The notes under the pieces were generated by a model, which ran no database searches, was not told the origin of the DNA, and was given only the letters and a program-made list of their open reading frames with translations. The translations under genes were made by a program, and so were the position numbers. From the human T2T-CHM13v2.0 reference genome, Homo sapiens, in assembly GCF_009914755.1 (NCBI RefSeq), contig NC_060945.1: 64,000 bases of DNA; one strand, 5' to 3'. This document shows positions 47,900 to 64,000 of the stretch, piece by piece (position 1 is the stretch's first letter; each line of letters starts with the position of its first letter).

Positions 47900-48464
47900 G
47901 TGAGTGGCTTATTCTGCCTGGGTGGGCAGCCAGGCGGTGGGCTGGCGAAGCAGGTCATCCATCCAGCTCACACTGGAAGCCAAGAAGCTGAAATTATTAG
48001 TCTTCTTGGAACAAGGTGTCTATAAATCTGGTTTTCAAGGTCATGACTCTTACTAGGAAAGTCCGGGCAGGGCCTCCCTCCTGATGGGGACTCCTTCATG
48101 GTCAGAGGCAGCATTCTCCCATTCCTCCATCTCTTTTGGATTTGAAGGAGATAAGTGGGTGAAGGCCGTGCATCTCGCTCTGCTTTCCAGAGAATAAAAC
48201 CAGCTCTCCCATGAAGGCACAGCCCCAGCATGGCACTCTGAAAGCCCACCTATGTGGGGGCAACTCCAACACAGCTCCCGCTCCCCAGGCCAGCATCCCC
48301 CACCAGGCCCACACCGTAGCCTAGCACCCCTCCATAACCAGGACAAGGTGGCCAGAGAAGGGGTAGGGGGCCTCCCCCATGAGAAGGTGCACTTAGGTTG
48401 CCCAGCATCTGCCTTTTGGAAAGGACAGGCACTGGGCACACCAAGGCACACAAGGACCAGAGCA

Positions 48465-48852
<388 letters not shown>

Positions 48853-50591
48853 TTATCTGTTTAAAATCAATAGCATCACTTTCCACCTCCAGAGAGGTTG
48901 AAAGATAGGGAACTCTCGGCTCAGGCTGACCTTCTAACCATCCAGTCCCAGTAGGTAGAGTCATTAGGACTCATCGCTCTCTGGAGCTGAGGTGCAGTTA
49001 ATTCCCAAAGACTGTGCGAGAGGATGGGAGCTCCCGCAGGCAAGGGCTGGACAGCAGGCAAACCTCCCCAGGCCAGGGCCACCAGAAGCCCCTTCCCTAA
49101 GAGGGAAATAGTCACATAGAGCGGCTTCCTGGCAAGCAAGTTTCTTGCTCCTGAAAAACCAAGGGAAGGAGGGAGGCGCCGCCTTGTCCTCTAAGATATG
49201 AGGAAGGCAGAGATGGACCTGCAGTCAGGGGTGACCCAGGCCCCGCCGATGCCTTCCTCCTCTGAGGTGGGAGGAGAGGTCAGGGAAGAGACGGGGAGGG
49301 GCAGGATGCCAGAGGATCGGGTGCCAGGTGGTCAGGACAAGTGAACCCAGCTGAAGGTCCCCACTCCCACCCCACCCCCAGCCTTACACACTGCAGCTGT
49401 GCAGACCAGAGGCAAAGCGAGGCTCAGAGCCCAGGGTTCCGTTTATCCCAACGACCGGCACCGTGGGGTCAGATGACAAGCAGCACGGCCAGGCATCGTC
49501 TCACTGCTACGGAGCCCCAGACGGGGCTTTATGAACACGGGTGGAGGACAGAGGTTGGGGTAAGGTCTCGGGGGAAAGGTTCTGATTCAAAATGGGCCCC
49601 GATAGGGAGGCCTCTGAGGATAGTGCGGGCCGGCGTGGGAGGTGTGAGGTGCAGGGAGTGTGGCCGGCAGGGCCTGGGACCTTGACCTTCCCCAGAGACA
49701 CTGCTGCCCTGGCCCTGCCCTAGGTCTGGTGTCGGGACAGCTCCACTGAGGCCGGCCAGGCACAGGCTAGTCATTGCCTCTGGTCTGGAGCCGGACTCCA
49801 CAGAGGAGTCAAAGAAAGGCCTGAATGGCTTCCTGGGAACTGATAGGGCAGGGAAAGGAAGGGCGACCACAGCAGGATCCCTTCGAGGTCCTGCCGAGGT
49901 TGGAAGGCAGGATCCACCAAGCATCATGCAGACTCCGAGCTGAACTGAGCTGCTCCTCACCTAGTCACGTTCCCCAAACCAGCAGGTGCAGCCCGCAGCC
50001 CGGGGGCATGTGCCTCAGCTGGGCTTTCCTGTCTAATCCGCTTCAGAGCCTGGATGGCAACCAACACTTTGGTCTGGAAACCTGGTGATTCCAGACACTC
50101 ATTTGTGCCCGGTGCAGGCAGGGCCACGGGACGCCAGCCCTCCACCTCTTGTCCTATGGCGACATCCGGGCTAGTTTGGGTGGAAGCTGCTGCATTCCTG
50201 GGCCTGCCCTATCTCCTCCTGAAGCTCCTATGGCATGCCCAACCCTGGCCAAGCTGAGACAGAGCTACCTGTCCCCTGGGAAGATGAGCAATGCACCCAC
50301 CTAGGGAACAGCAGAAAATAGGGGGTGACCAGGCACAGGGCAGTGCTTCAGGGGATATCACCTGGGCTGGGGTGGCCAGAAAGGCTGGAAGGAGGGGACC
50401 CAAACAAGACCTTGAAGGTTCATTCTCCATTGAGAAGGGAGCCTGTCCTCCCTGAAGGCAGCCAAGCTCAGTTGCATGGTCCAGCAGGTCCTCCGTCTCT
50501 TCCTGCCTGTAATGGCAAGTCCAGACCCGAGCAGCAGCAGCAGGCCGTGTTCTACCTCCTGTTACCTCAATTCCAAAATCTCTTCTTTCAG

Positions 50592-50696
50592 CTGAAGATG
50601 ATTTTGATAAAATGCTGTGATATCTCTAACGAGGTCCGTCCAATGGAAGTCGCAGAGCCTTGGGTGGACTGTTTATTAGAGGAATATTTTATGCAG
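50592..50696 (+). CDS. PDE9A: PDE9A exon [35 protein letters not shown] (105 nt)
   Basis: tcttctttcag|CTG and CAG|gtaaga; KCCDISN motif. Confidence 0.98.
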
Positions 50697-51430
50697 GTAA
50701 GAGTCTTGCAGAGCAATCAAGCCTCCAGCCACTCTTATTAGCCCCACTTAGTAAGGGTTTGCGTTAAACGAGCACGCCAGGGTGGTCCCGCATATTCACC
50801 GGGCTGCCGACAGTTCAGCCTCCAGAAAGCCTTCAGGGTAAGCGTACATCAGAAACAAAATAGGTTATAATTTGAGACCTGAAAGACAGTAACAATCCAG
50901 AAAAGCTAATACTCTAAAACTGTCACCTGTCACTGCTAATTGAGCCATTATTACAAGCAGCCTTGTCAAACAAATTGCCTGAAAGTCAAGAAGCAAGGAC
51001 TGCAGAAGCAGGAGGGGGCCCAGGAGGGCCGAGACCCAGCAGGTCAGCTCACACAGATGGCCACGGGGAAGGTCGGGGACATAGAAAACCAAGCCAGCTG
51101 AAAACAACCACCAAATATTAATACAACAGCTTGATGAACCCTAGGAGAAGTCGGGAGGCTTTCTGCAGGACGCTGCTGCCGTCCTGGGATACATCCATCC
51201 AACTCACCTCTGCCTATCTCTCAGGTCGGTCTTCCCAGCTAGACCTGCATGCCCAGCTCTGTTTAGCACTGAAGATAGGGTCACCTTCTCCTTGTTCTTA
51301 CTGAGACACATTTGTGGTGTGGTTTGGTTGGTTGGTGGTTAACTGGCGCATCTTGTCTTTCTCTGAGAACAGCGATCTGGTTATGGGGCATTTCTGTCTC
51401 TAATGTCACTGTCTGCTGCATTCCCTGCAG

Positions 51431-51559
51431 AGCGACCGTGAGAAGTCAGAAGGCCTTCCCGTGGCCCCGTTCATGGACCGAGACAAAGTGACCAAGGCCA
51501 CAGCCCAGATTGGGTTCATCAAGTTTGTCCTGATCCCAATGTTTGAAACAGTGACCAAG
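51431..51559 (+). CDS. PDE9A: PDE9A exon [43 protein letters not shown] (129 nt)
   Basis: ttccctgcag|AGC and AAG|gtgagt; invariant substrate-binding QIGF. Confidence 0.98.
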
Positions 51560-51597
51560 GTGAGTAACTGTCACCACATGTCACACTTGCTTACACT

Positions 51598-52290
51598 CAG
51601 ATACATGCATGCACACACAGGCACACACACATATACACATATGCACACAGGTACACACAGACACACACTCATGCACACACATACACAGATACACACAGAC
51701 GCACATACAGGCACATACACATATACACACACGCACACAGCTACACACAGGCACACACACAGGCACACACTTGTGCACACAGGTACACAGGCACACAAAT
51801 GCACACACAGGGCACACAGGCACACACTCGTGCACACACATGTACACAGGCACACACAGGCACACAAATGTGCATGCAGGTACACATGCACACAAGGCAC
51901 ACAGGCACACACAGGCACACAAATGCACACACAGGCACACACACACATGCACACAGGTACACACAGGCACACAAATGCACATGCAGGTACACATGCACAC
52001 ACAGGCACACACAGGGACACACAGGCACACATAGGCACACAAATGCACACACAGGCACACACACATGCACACCGGTACACACAGGCACACACTCGTGCAC
52101 ACGTACACAGGCATACAAATGCACACGCAGGCACACACAGGTACGTAGGCACACACAAGCACATACACATATACACACATGCACACAGGTACACGCAGGC
52201 ACACACGTACAGAGGCACACACATGCACACACAGGTATGCACATGCACGCCCACAGGTACACACAGGCACACCTGCACACCTGCACATCC
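51598..52290 (+). repeat. CA-rich low-complexity tract (cacacaggca-like units, ~690 bp)
   Basis: Direct observation; starts ~40 nt after donor 51559. Confidence 0.95.
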
Positions 52291-53181
52291 TGAGCAGCCT
52301 CTTCCCCGGCTGTCGTCGTGACCGCTGTCCCTGTTCCATCCAGAGCCTGCTACCCACAGCCTGGCCCGTGACCCCAGCATCTCCCACTCTGTGCTGCACT
52401 CCCTGCCTTGCCTTGCTGGGCCCTGGGGGGCCCCTCACTGCCCTCGCCCATCGCTGCCGGCCTTCAGGACCCTGGAGGCAGCACTGGCTGTGGACTCTCC
52501 TGTCCCCACTCTGCGTCCCAGTTCCTCACCTGTGGAGGAACCCCTGAGCTCTGTGCCCTCGAGCTGTGAAGCCCCTGTCCAGCTCCCAGTCTCACCGCAC
52601 CCAGCCACCGAGACCTTGCTCCTTGCACACAGCTCGTTCCTGCCCAGCTCCCCCCAGGGCCTCTGAGCTGCCTGTGGCCCCCTGCCAAGGCCCCCACCTC
52701 AAGGCACCCCCAGCATGTCCAAAACAGGCCCATCTCTTGTTCCCCCCGGGGATCTGGGCTCACAGCCTCACACCCTCCGACCTTCCTGGGCTCCTACGCT
52801 GCGCATCCTTCTGCTCTAGGGCATCTCTTGGAGCCACCCCACCCACTTCCCACTCCCAGGACCCTCAGCCGGGAGGCTGTCAGCTCCTTTCCCCTGCCCC
52901 GTGTCTTTGTAAGAACCTCCCAACCTGTCCCCCACCCTCATCTCACGGGCACGGGGGACACAGGAGGCAGGAAGGGGACTTTCTGTAGGACCTCATGGAG
53001 GGTGATGAGGGCCAGAGACAGAGCCGCAGTGGGTGGAGGCAGCAGAGCCGGCACGAGGGTGTCCAGGAGCTGGGACTGGCCCAGAGGTTTCCGCATGGAG
53101 CACCTGACACCTGTTTTTCTCCGACGTTTCCCATTGCCTTAAGAACGAGGGACTCTGAATAAATCCGTGTGTCTCTCCCAG

Positions 53182-53277
53182 CTCTTCCCCATGGTTGAGG
53201 AGATCATGCTGCAGCCACTTTGGGAATCCCGAGATCGCTACGAGGAGCTGAAGCGGATAGATGACGCCATGAAAGAG
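53182..53277 (+). CDS. PDE9A: PDE9A exon [32 protein letters not shown] (96 nt)
   Basis: gtctctcccag|CTC and GAG|gtaaaa. Confidence 0.97.
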
Positions 53278-54917
53278 GTAAAACACACTGAGAAGAGCCT
53301 GCCTTCCTTGCGGCAAGCAGGCACGCTGCCCTCCGCACTCCCGACTCCAGAAGCTTGGACGTGCCAAGCAGGGCACCACTGAAGGCCCCGTGGACAGGCA
53401 CACGTGTACCTTCCATCAGAAAGCCTGGCTCAGTAAAATTAGGGAATGCGATGAGGGAAACCAAAACTGCATTCGCCAAGAACACGTCAGGTCTCAGTAG
53501 CTTCGAGGGAGTTTACTGGCCGTGCCCTTCACAAGAATCACAACTGTCACCCACACCTGTGGACACCCAGGTGTCTTTGGGTGTATCAGCCGCCGTTAGA
53601 GCATCTGGGACCCCTCAGAGTACAGTGCCTGGCCTGGCCCCAGGGCTGACTTGTTCAGAGGAGGCCATGGGGTAGAAAGGGGCCCTCCCCTGGCACGGGA
53701 ACAAAGCGACCACCCACCTGCCAGCTCCCGGGCCCAGAACACACACCGGCACCTCTCAGGGGCCAGGGAGCCTGGGGCTGGCTTTAGGTTGCTGCTGGAC
53801 AGATATCATTTTGGAGGAAGGGGTCCAGGTCACAGCCTCAGGGCCCACGCAGTCTGTCTACGGATTCCCCCCGGCTGTCTGCTGTCCTGCTGCCCATGGT
53901 GTGGCCTCTGCCCCTCCCAGCCTCCTGCCTCCTCCCTCCAGCGCCCCCAGGCAGCTAGAACAGTCTTACTACTCCTGCAGGGTTTGACCCCTCCTGGCCT
54001 TGGCCGGTGTTGCCTCTGCCACCCCCGCTCCCCACAGTGCCACTGAAGCACCCTCCAAGGCCCGTCAGTCAGGGCTCCCCTAGTTACTGTGCCCACCACC
54101 CCGTCTTTTCTGCCTGGGCGCTCCTGAAGCCCATGTGGCCCACAATGCCCTTTTGAGCACTGAGCCATTTTCCAGGCGTAGCCTTGGGTTGGTCTCATCT
54201 CCCTCGACTGACGGCCCCGTGCTCCCCATGCCCACACCCGCCTGGAGCGCCATGCCAGGCACATGGTAGGCGCTCAGCAATTGCTTAGGAGTCCACTGAA
54301 AATCCAGACCAGCTGCCCTGACTTCTCCAGTTGATGTCTCCTACTGGAAAGTCACAGAAAGGTCTCTAAACCTCTGGAAGGCTGAGAGCACTTATGCAGA
54401 GGGACAGATGTAGCAAGAAGGCTTCCCCCACTCCACAACCCCGCAAGAGAGCTGAAGGGGCTTCTGCCTCTCTCGTGGGCCCTCCGAGAGCCATAGCCCT
54501 GATGGCCTTGAGTCTCTAGTCCTGAGCCCTGCTGCCCAGTAGGGGATAGTAGGGTTCCTTAAGGCCTCTGCCTTCCCCCCTGTCAGCCCCCACAAAAAGG
54601 AGAGACACGCCAAAGAGGTGAAAAGGCCAAGCCCAAGCCGCAGGCTCTGCACACACCACCAGTCCCCGCGGCTGTGGTGGCTGCAGCTGGGTGAGCTCAC
54701 TGTCCAGGCCCCAGATGAGGCACCAAGGGTAGCGGGACAGGGTATGCAGAGCTGCCTCTGAAAAGCCCATGTCAGGAGTGCTTGGGCTCAGAGGGGCTGG
54801 GGACCACAGGCTTTCACGTTGCAGCACCTCCAGGCAACAGAAGCTGCTGGGAGAGAGGCAGACACTCCCCTGCTGTCTCCTGCTCCCTGACTTGGCCTTC
54901 TCTGTACTCTGTTCCAG

Positions 54918-54999
54918 TTACAGAAGAAGACTGACAGCTTGACGTCTGGGGCCACCGAGAAGTCCAGAGAGAGAAGCAGAGATGTGAAAAACAGTGAAG
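54918..54999 (+). CDS. PDE9A: PDE9A penultimate exon LQKKTDSLTSGATEKSRERSRDVKNSE (82 nt)
   Basis: ctctgttccag|TTA and GAAG|gtaatg; phase 0 to 1. Confidence 0.96.
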
Positions 55000-55115
55000 G
55001 TAATGCTTGCTCTGCTGAAGTGGCATCTCAGCGCATACAATGATTCTGACAAAGGACAGAAGGAAAGAGGAAGGGGAGAAAATCTGAATTTTGGAATACC
55101 TTTAAATGAATGGAA

Positions 55116-55410
<295 letters not shown>

Positions 55411-55462
55411 AAATGAATGGAAATTTTATTTCTTGCAACTAATCATTAGAATTAGGCTCTTA

Positions 55463-55758
<296 letters not shown>

Positions 55759-56004
55759 GTGAGGCTCTTAAAGAAGGGGAACATGCTTTAGTTAATAGAA
55801 AAACATCAATAATTAGCATATGTATCACTTATAAGAGTAAGTACTTTTTAAAAGTGCAATTGAAGTACTGAAAACTTTTCACAAATCACGTGTTTGCTTT
55901 ATATGGCTTTGAGCATTTTCCTCTGTACTTGTTGATACTAGTCATTCAGCTCACGGGGAATGCAGAGCAGCCGTTTGTTCACCTCATAATAAGGTCACAC
56001 TAAT

Positions 56005-56640
<636 letters not shown>

Positions 56641-57062
56641 ATAAGGTCACACTCTCCATGTCTAACAGATAATTCAAGAGATAGTGCATCAAGCATGCAA
56701 GGCTCAGGGCAGGACAAACGGGACATGGCTCATAAGAGGAGCTGCAACAGGCTTTGGCATCCAACACACCTGGTTTTGAGTCCAGGCTTGCCAATTACAA
56801 GCCGAGAGATGTGCACAAGTGTCCCAGCCTCTCTGAACCTCAGAGCCCCAGTCTCTAAGCCAGAGGCAATAATACCATTGTTACTGCTGTTTTAGTGATT
56901 AAACAGTCAAAGTGCTTGTCTGGTCCCGATGAAGTGCTCAGTCAATGTTGCCATTTAATTTTTAAGTCAGTTCATATTTTTCAGTGGGTCAGAAAAGAGA
57001 TCAATATTGTTTTACTTTGTCTAAATGTGTTCAGCAATATATCTGATGGCCTCTTTCTTTTA

Positions 57063-57714
<652 letters not shown>

Positions 57715-57758
57715 TAATTCTAACAAAAACAAATCAGTCATCGTTTCCCTTCTTCCAG

Positions 57759-57772
57759 GAGACTGTGCCTGA
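57759..57772 (+). CDS. PDE9A: PDE9A last exon, coding part (G)DCA-stop
   Basis: ttcccttcttccag|GA GAC TGT GCC TGA completes the C-terminus SEGDCA. Confidence 0.95.
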
Positions 57773-58000
57773 GGAAAGCGGGGGGCGTGGCTGCAGTTCT
57801 GGACGGGCTGGCCGAGCTGCGCGGGATCCTTGTGCAGGGAAGAGCTGCCCTGGGCACCTGGCACCACAAGACCATGTTTTCTAAGAACCATTTTGTTCAC
57901 TGATACAAAAAAAAAAAAAGGAATTCATGATGCTGTACAGAATTTTATTTTTAAACTGTCTTTTAAATAATATATTCTTATACGGAAATGGGTACTGTAC
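57773..58000 (+). other. PDE9A: PDE9A 3' UTR (end approximate)
   Basis: Follows the TGA. Contains A13 at 57907-57919, UGUA near 57934, variant PAS AATATA at 57969-57974 and a downstream U/GU-rich tract. ATTAAA at 58138-58143 is a distal alternative. Confidence 0.65.
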
Positions 58001-59291
58001 TTCTTCTTTGGTAGAGTTGTGTATGCTGCTTCCGGTAAGTTCTCTCATGGAGACGAAGGACACTGTGCTTTTCCCCCAGATGTATCTTAGAGCAATTGAC
58101 CAGTGTGATGCGGTGCGTACGTCCCTGTAAATTCAGCATTAAATGTCAGCACGGTGCCCTGAGTGCAAGGACATGCACGGGTCCTGTGTTTCTGAGCAGA
58201 GGGGGACGTCAGTGCCGTGTGTGGGACATCTGGGGACTGAGGCAGGTTGGCCAGACTGTAGGTCGTGTGTCGGAGCAAACGCACCCATGACCATGGGGAC
58301 AACACACACTGGGTGCTCATGTGGAGGAAGGCTGGTGACTTCACACTTAAATCCTCAGATAAGGAAAAGAGACACATGTATTCAGCACGTCTGAGGGTCT
58401 CTATCTCGGGAGGAGAGACGGCCCTCCCTTCCTGCCTTTGTTTTGGTAACAAGCACAGGGGACATTCTGGGTGGCACTGTGTCCACACAGGGGACCCAGC
58501 CCCCGGCTTGTTCATGGTCAGGCTCTTGTTGCTGGGACAGTCGCACCCCTGAGCTCTCACTGAGACCGCCCGCATGCGGTGGACTCCTGGAGACCCAATT
58601 TATAAAAAGCAAGGAAAAGGCTGCTGGCTGTGTCCCCTGGGCTGTGGGCTCCATCTCCCCTGCGCTCTAGAGACAGAACCACCTCCCGAAGCGCTTCACC
58701 CTACAGAGCTCACCTTTAAAGCCACTGGCGTGGTCTGAGCTTAGTAAACATTTCATTTCTGTGTTGGGTCACTTTCCTTGGGGCATTTGTTTCCTTTTGG
58801 TGAATTCCAGAATATTACTTCCCACCTTCAAATAATTCATTTTTTACCTGTAAAATTTTCCATCTCGAATCCAGCCGAATACAGATAAGGGACCTTGATT
58901 TCTACACCCCTTCTTGTTTCTGCTTTTGTTTTTCATTTGAATCCTATTAAAGCCAATAGATATGGCAACGTTGGCAAAAATAGAAGCAAAACGTAGGCGT
59001 GCGGATATTGATGCCCTCCACCTTCCTGCCAGCCTCTATGGGGGATGATTACCTGCTCTCCTCATCTGTAACAAGGCTCTTTCAACAGCACCTTCATCTG
59101 CTACATTACTTGGAATGCACATCTCACTAAACGGTGCCCCTCATCAAACTCCATACAACACTTCCTTGAATTTTACTATCATAAACAGAAACAATCACAT
59201 GCACACACATGGACATGTATACACTCCTACACATCAGCACACTTCCTCTGGTTCTAGGCTATACTGCATCCTGAAACAATTAAATGACTGA

Positions 59292-59602
<311 letters not shown>

Positions 59603-60977
59603 TGACGGCATCTACTGTTAGTCCTGGTTGGTGTGCAGCCAGCCTGGTCTCCATGCACGGGACCCCCAGAAAGCCCACCAACCCACCCTCCTGTCACACA
59701 GAGCAGTCCCTGAGGCCCCACGGTTGGAGGCCACGTCCACCCTGGTCAGCCTGCACACCCAGAGCCTGCCCGCACCAGGAGGCAGCCACACGGATGAGCT
59801 GAATCATGGGCTGCATGTGGCAGTGGAGGCTCAGGACAAGACAGATGTGCCTACGGCCCCGGAGAGCTCTGGGTCCAGCAGCAGAGGCGTTCCCCCAGGC
59901 CTGGGGGCATGCCCAGCATAGGGAGTGAGTGTGCAGACACAGGGTCCCACCCCCATGAGCACAACCCACTGAACAAGACGCCCCTCTGGGGTGAGCGGCA
60001 CCATCTCCACCTAGGATGATGTGTTTCCAAGTGAACTCTCACCCGACAATCAGTATTAAGTCAGCATGAAGGGTAAAGATGTTTACAGCTGAGCCACATG
60101 CACGTCAGGAGACAGGAGCAGCAATGCCTGGGGCTTTCCACGGTGAGCTCCCAGCACACAGCAAGCATGTCGCCAGAAAGAACAGAAAGTTCACAAAGGG
60201 AGGGCCAGCCTGTGCACAGCCTAGCACCGTCCTGGGAGGCCATCATCACCTGTGCTCCTCTGAGAGGACAGGAAGATGCTGTTTTCCACTTTTTTCTCCC
60301 CAAGACCGTTTATTAGCAATTGAAGGAACAACGCATGTATCAAAGACTGGATTTGAGAAATTCCAACAAATCTGCCCCCTCGCAGTTGGGAGCTGGCATC
60401 GTGCAATCTTCGGAATGCAGCCTCTGGCTCTCCCATCAAAAGGCAATGCAGCCCCCTGTGATTTCAGCTTTGACCTTGTGGGTAATAAAAGAAGGAAAGA
60501 GGAATGTCTGCTACTGGAATCCTGGATGGGGTCCCCGCGGCCGAATCCCCCCTCCCGTCCCCTCCTGTGTCACCTGTCATGTCTCAGACTTTGACCGCCT
60601 CCCGCAGCTTCCTTTTATTCGTAATGTCTAAAGCCAACCCAAGCGTCTTTGCCGGCTGACGTCTTAGCCAAATCATGTGGGAAACCCGTGAAGCAGAACT
60701 GACCGCTGTGAGGGCTGGGAGTACACTGGGCATCTGAAATACTTCAGCCCAGGAAAACGTCCATCAGTGGACACCGTCGGTTCCCAGGTGGCCTCTGGAA
60801 CAGGAAAGCAGTCACCCCCTCGTCCGATCCCACAGGAAACCTCATTCCACTCTAGTGGCAGTGGCTGGGGCTAGATCCCCCTGAGCCAGGAGACGACGGG
60901 CAGTGCCCGGACAAGGCTGTACTCTGCCCACAGCTCCTCCACTGTGGCTATGAGGGAGGTTTAAAAATCTCAGTCCA

Positions 60978-61835
60978 GTGGGGGGGGTCAGCCCCCTGCC
61001 CGGCCAGCCGCCCCGTCTGGGAGGGAGGTGGGGGGGTCAGCCCCCGCCCGGCCAGCCGCCCCGTCTGGGAGGGAGGTGGGGGGGTCAGCCCCCCGCCCGG
61101 CCAGCCGCCCCGTCTGGGAGGGAGGTGGGGGGGTCAGCCCCCCGCCCGGCCAGCCACCCCGTCTGGGAGGGAGGTGGGGGGGTCAGCCCCCCGCCCGGCC
61201 AGCCGCCCCATCCAGGAGGTGAGGGGCGCTTCTGCCCGGCCGCCCCTACTGGGAAGTGAGGAGCCCCTCTGCCCGGCCACGACCCCGTCTGGGAGGTGTG
61301 CCCAGCGGCTCATTGGGGATGGGCCATGATGACAATGGCGGTTTTGTGGAATAGAAAGGCGGGAAGGGTGGGGAAAAAATTGAGAAATCGGATGGTTGCC
61401 GGGTCTGTGTGGATAGAAGTAGACATGGGAGACTTTTCATTTTGTTCTGTACTAAGAAAAATTCTTCTGCCTTGGGATCCTGTTGATCTGTGACCTTACC
61501 CCCAACCCTGTGTTCTCTGAAACATGTGCTGTGTCCACTCAGGGTTGAATGGATTAAGGGCGGTGCAAGATGTGCTTTGTTAAACAGACGCTTGAAGGCA
61601 GCATGCGCGTTAAGAGTCATCACCACTCCCTAATCTCAAGTACCCAGGGACACAAACACTGCGGAAGGCCGCAGGGTCCTCTGCCTAGGAAAACCAGAGA
61701 CCTTTGTTCACTTGTTTATCTGCTGACCTTCCCTCCACTATTGTCCTATGACCCTGCCAAATCCCCCTCTGCGAGAAACACCCAAGAATGATCAATAAAA
61801 AAAAAATAAAAAATAAATAAATAAATAAATAAAAT
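60978..61835 (+). mobile_element. 5'-truncated SVA (VNTR + SINE-R + poly-A)
   Basis: ~49-bp GC-rich VNTR units, SINE-R, AATAAA at 61794; perfect 15-bp TSD aaaaatctcagtcca at 60963-60977 and 61836-61850, at a TT/AAAA L1-EN site. Confidence 0.97.
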
Positions 61836-62133
61836 AAAAATCTCAGTCCAAAGGCTTTCACCGTAGTCTGTCTAAGGGACAGATAACATCGTCTCTCTGA
61901 ATTTGGGAGGGGACTGTTCTCTGTTGGTAGCCAAAAGGGGCCCAGCAAGGTGCTAGGGTTCCAGTCTCCCTGAGTCCTCAGGCAGGTCTTCCCAGCCCCC
62001 ACCCTGGGACTCCCTGCCCTGCTGCAGGGGAACGTGAGGGTCAGGGGTCCCCAGATTCCTGGGAGCTGGGGCCGGTGCCCTGGCAGAAACACGGCCTCAG
62101 GCAGGGTCCAGGGCCTGTGGGGGTGAGTCACCT

Positions 62134-62430
62134 TGTTATGGGCTGAATTCCCTCCCCAAAACTTACGTCCAAGCCCAACCTGGTGCCTCCCAGTACCGTA
62201 TTTGGAGACAGTGCCTTTAAAAGGTGGTTAAGATAACATGAGCTGACTGGGGTGGGCCCTGAGCCACTTTGACTGAGTCTTACAAGAAGAGGAGGTCGGG
62301 GCACAGATGCACATGAAGGGCGCCAGGGAAGGACAGACCCTGACACACAGAGGAGTGGGGACTCAGCAGAAGCCAGCCCTGCCAACACTTGTCTCAGACT
62401 TTGAGAGGTAAGTGTCTGTCGTTTAAGCCC
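62134..62430 (+). mobile_element. MLT1-type MaLR LTR fragment
   Basis: tgttatgggctgaatt...gtatttggagacagtgcctttaa...gtttaagcc. Confidence 0.75.
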
Positions 62431-62759
62431 CCCGCCAAGCTCACACACACACACACCTGTGTGCCTCGCTAGGGCTGCCCCAGCAGACTCACACATCACA
62501 CCTCCCTCACCACCGAGTCCCTGGGCAGCAACGTGGGCCCGGCTCACAAGCAGTGCTGGAGACAGCTTGAGCTTGGGTTGACTGCGCCAGCATAGCATGA
62601 TCTCTCTCTCTCTCTCTCGCTCTCTCTAAGGAAAAAAAGAAGATAAGAACTAGAGAGTCAGAAATGTCATCTCTTTCTTTCTTTTCTTCCTCCTTTCTTT
62701 CTTGCACTCCAGCCTGGGCAACAGAGTGAGACTCCATCTGAAAAAAAAAAAGGAAAGAA

Positions 62760-63597
<838 letters not shown>

Positions 63598-64000
63598 AGT
63601 GAAAATACATAAGAGTACTGGTTTTTTTCCGGTTAATCCTAACTTTTCTAATATATTTTGCTAGCAGATATTTAAAATCTGGTGGTTTAGCCAAAGAATT
63701 TGGGACAGCAAGACTATACAATCTTCCATCCGCTGCAAAGAGATGTTCGTTTTTTCTCAGCGTTTCTGAGAAGCTGGAAAACAAGGTGAGCTGCCGCCTT
63801 GGACACCCTCCTCTTAATTCTGGTTCCTTCCTGCTCGACATGGGGACGGGACAGTCCGACGCTCCCTCTCATGGGAATGTATTTGCAGACATCATATCAT
63901 GGAAAATACTAAACACAAGTGTTGCCTCAGAAGCTCACGATGAGCCGGGTTCACGCCGGTGTAATTCTGCGGGGGCCGGACCCTGAATCTCATGCACGCG

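Noticed and set aside
51461-52438. Long ORFs (286, 269, 285 aa) with His/Thr or Cys/Val repeats
   Set aside because: They arise from the stop-poor CA/TG repeat; only 51431-51559 is real PDE9A coding sequence.
57759-57772. C-terminal cysteine as a CaaX prenylation signal
   Set aside because: The Cys is second from last (GDCA), not fourth from last.

Overview
Human genomic DNA containing the 3' part of PDE9A (cGMP-specific phosphodiesterase 9A, chr21q22.3) on the + strand. Sixteen coding exons were reconstructed by hand between 14151 and the stop at 57772. All use GT-AG, their phases are consistent, and they translate to the protein I recognise (AGVEDKRTT...SEGDCA*). The promoter and first exons lie upstream of the window. 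The rest is intronic or downstream: about 30 Alus, old L1, MER2, MST/MLT1/THE1/LTR8 LTRs, a 5'-truncated SVA, simple repeats (including what appears to be STR D21S1411) and possible degraded ERV fossils. Nearly all ORF-track entries are spurious. The most striking unexplained structure is a ~325-bp, ~90%-identical inverted duplication of apparently non-Alu sequence (43931-44253 / 46313-46640). It brackets one frame-shifting catalytic exon and is nested inside complementary UG-rich and CA-rich tracts flanking a 693-nt, in-frame six-exon block. Other leads: a stop-free 120-nt in-frame intron, a templated local duplication at 8945, an LTR8-anchored antisense unit and tightly spaced inverted Alus in the last intron. 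All functional interpretations are hypotheses. Repeat family calls come from recalled consensus motifs, not from a search.
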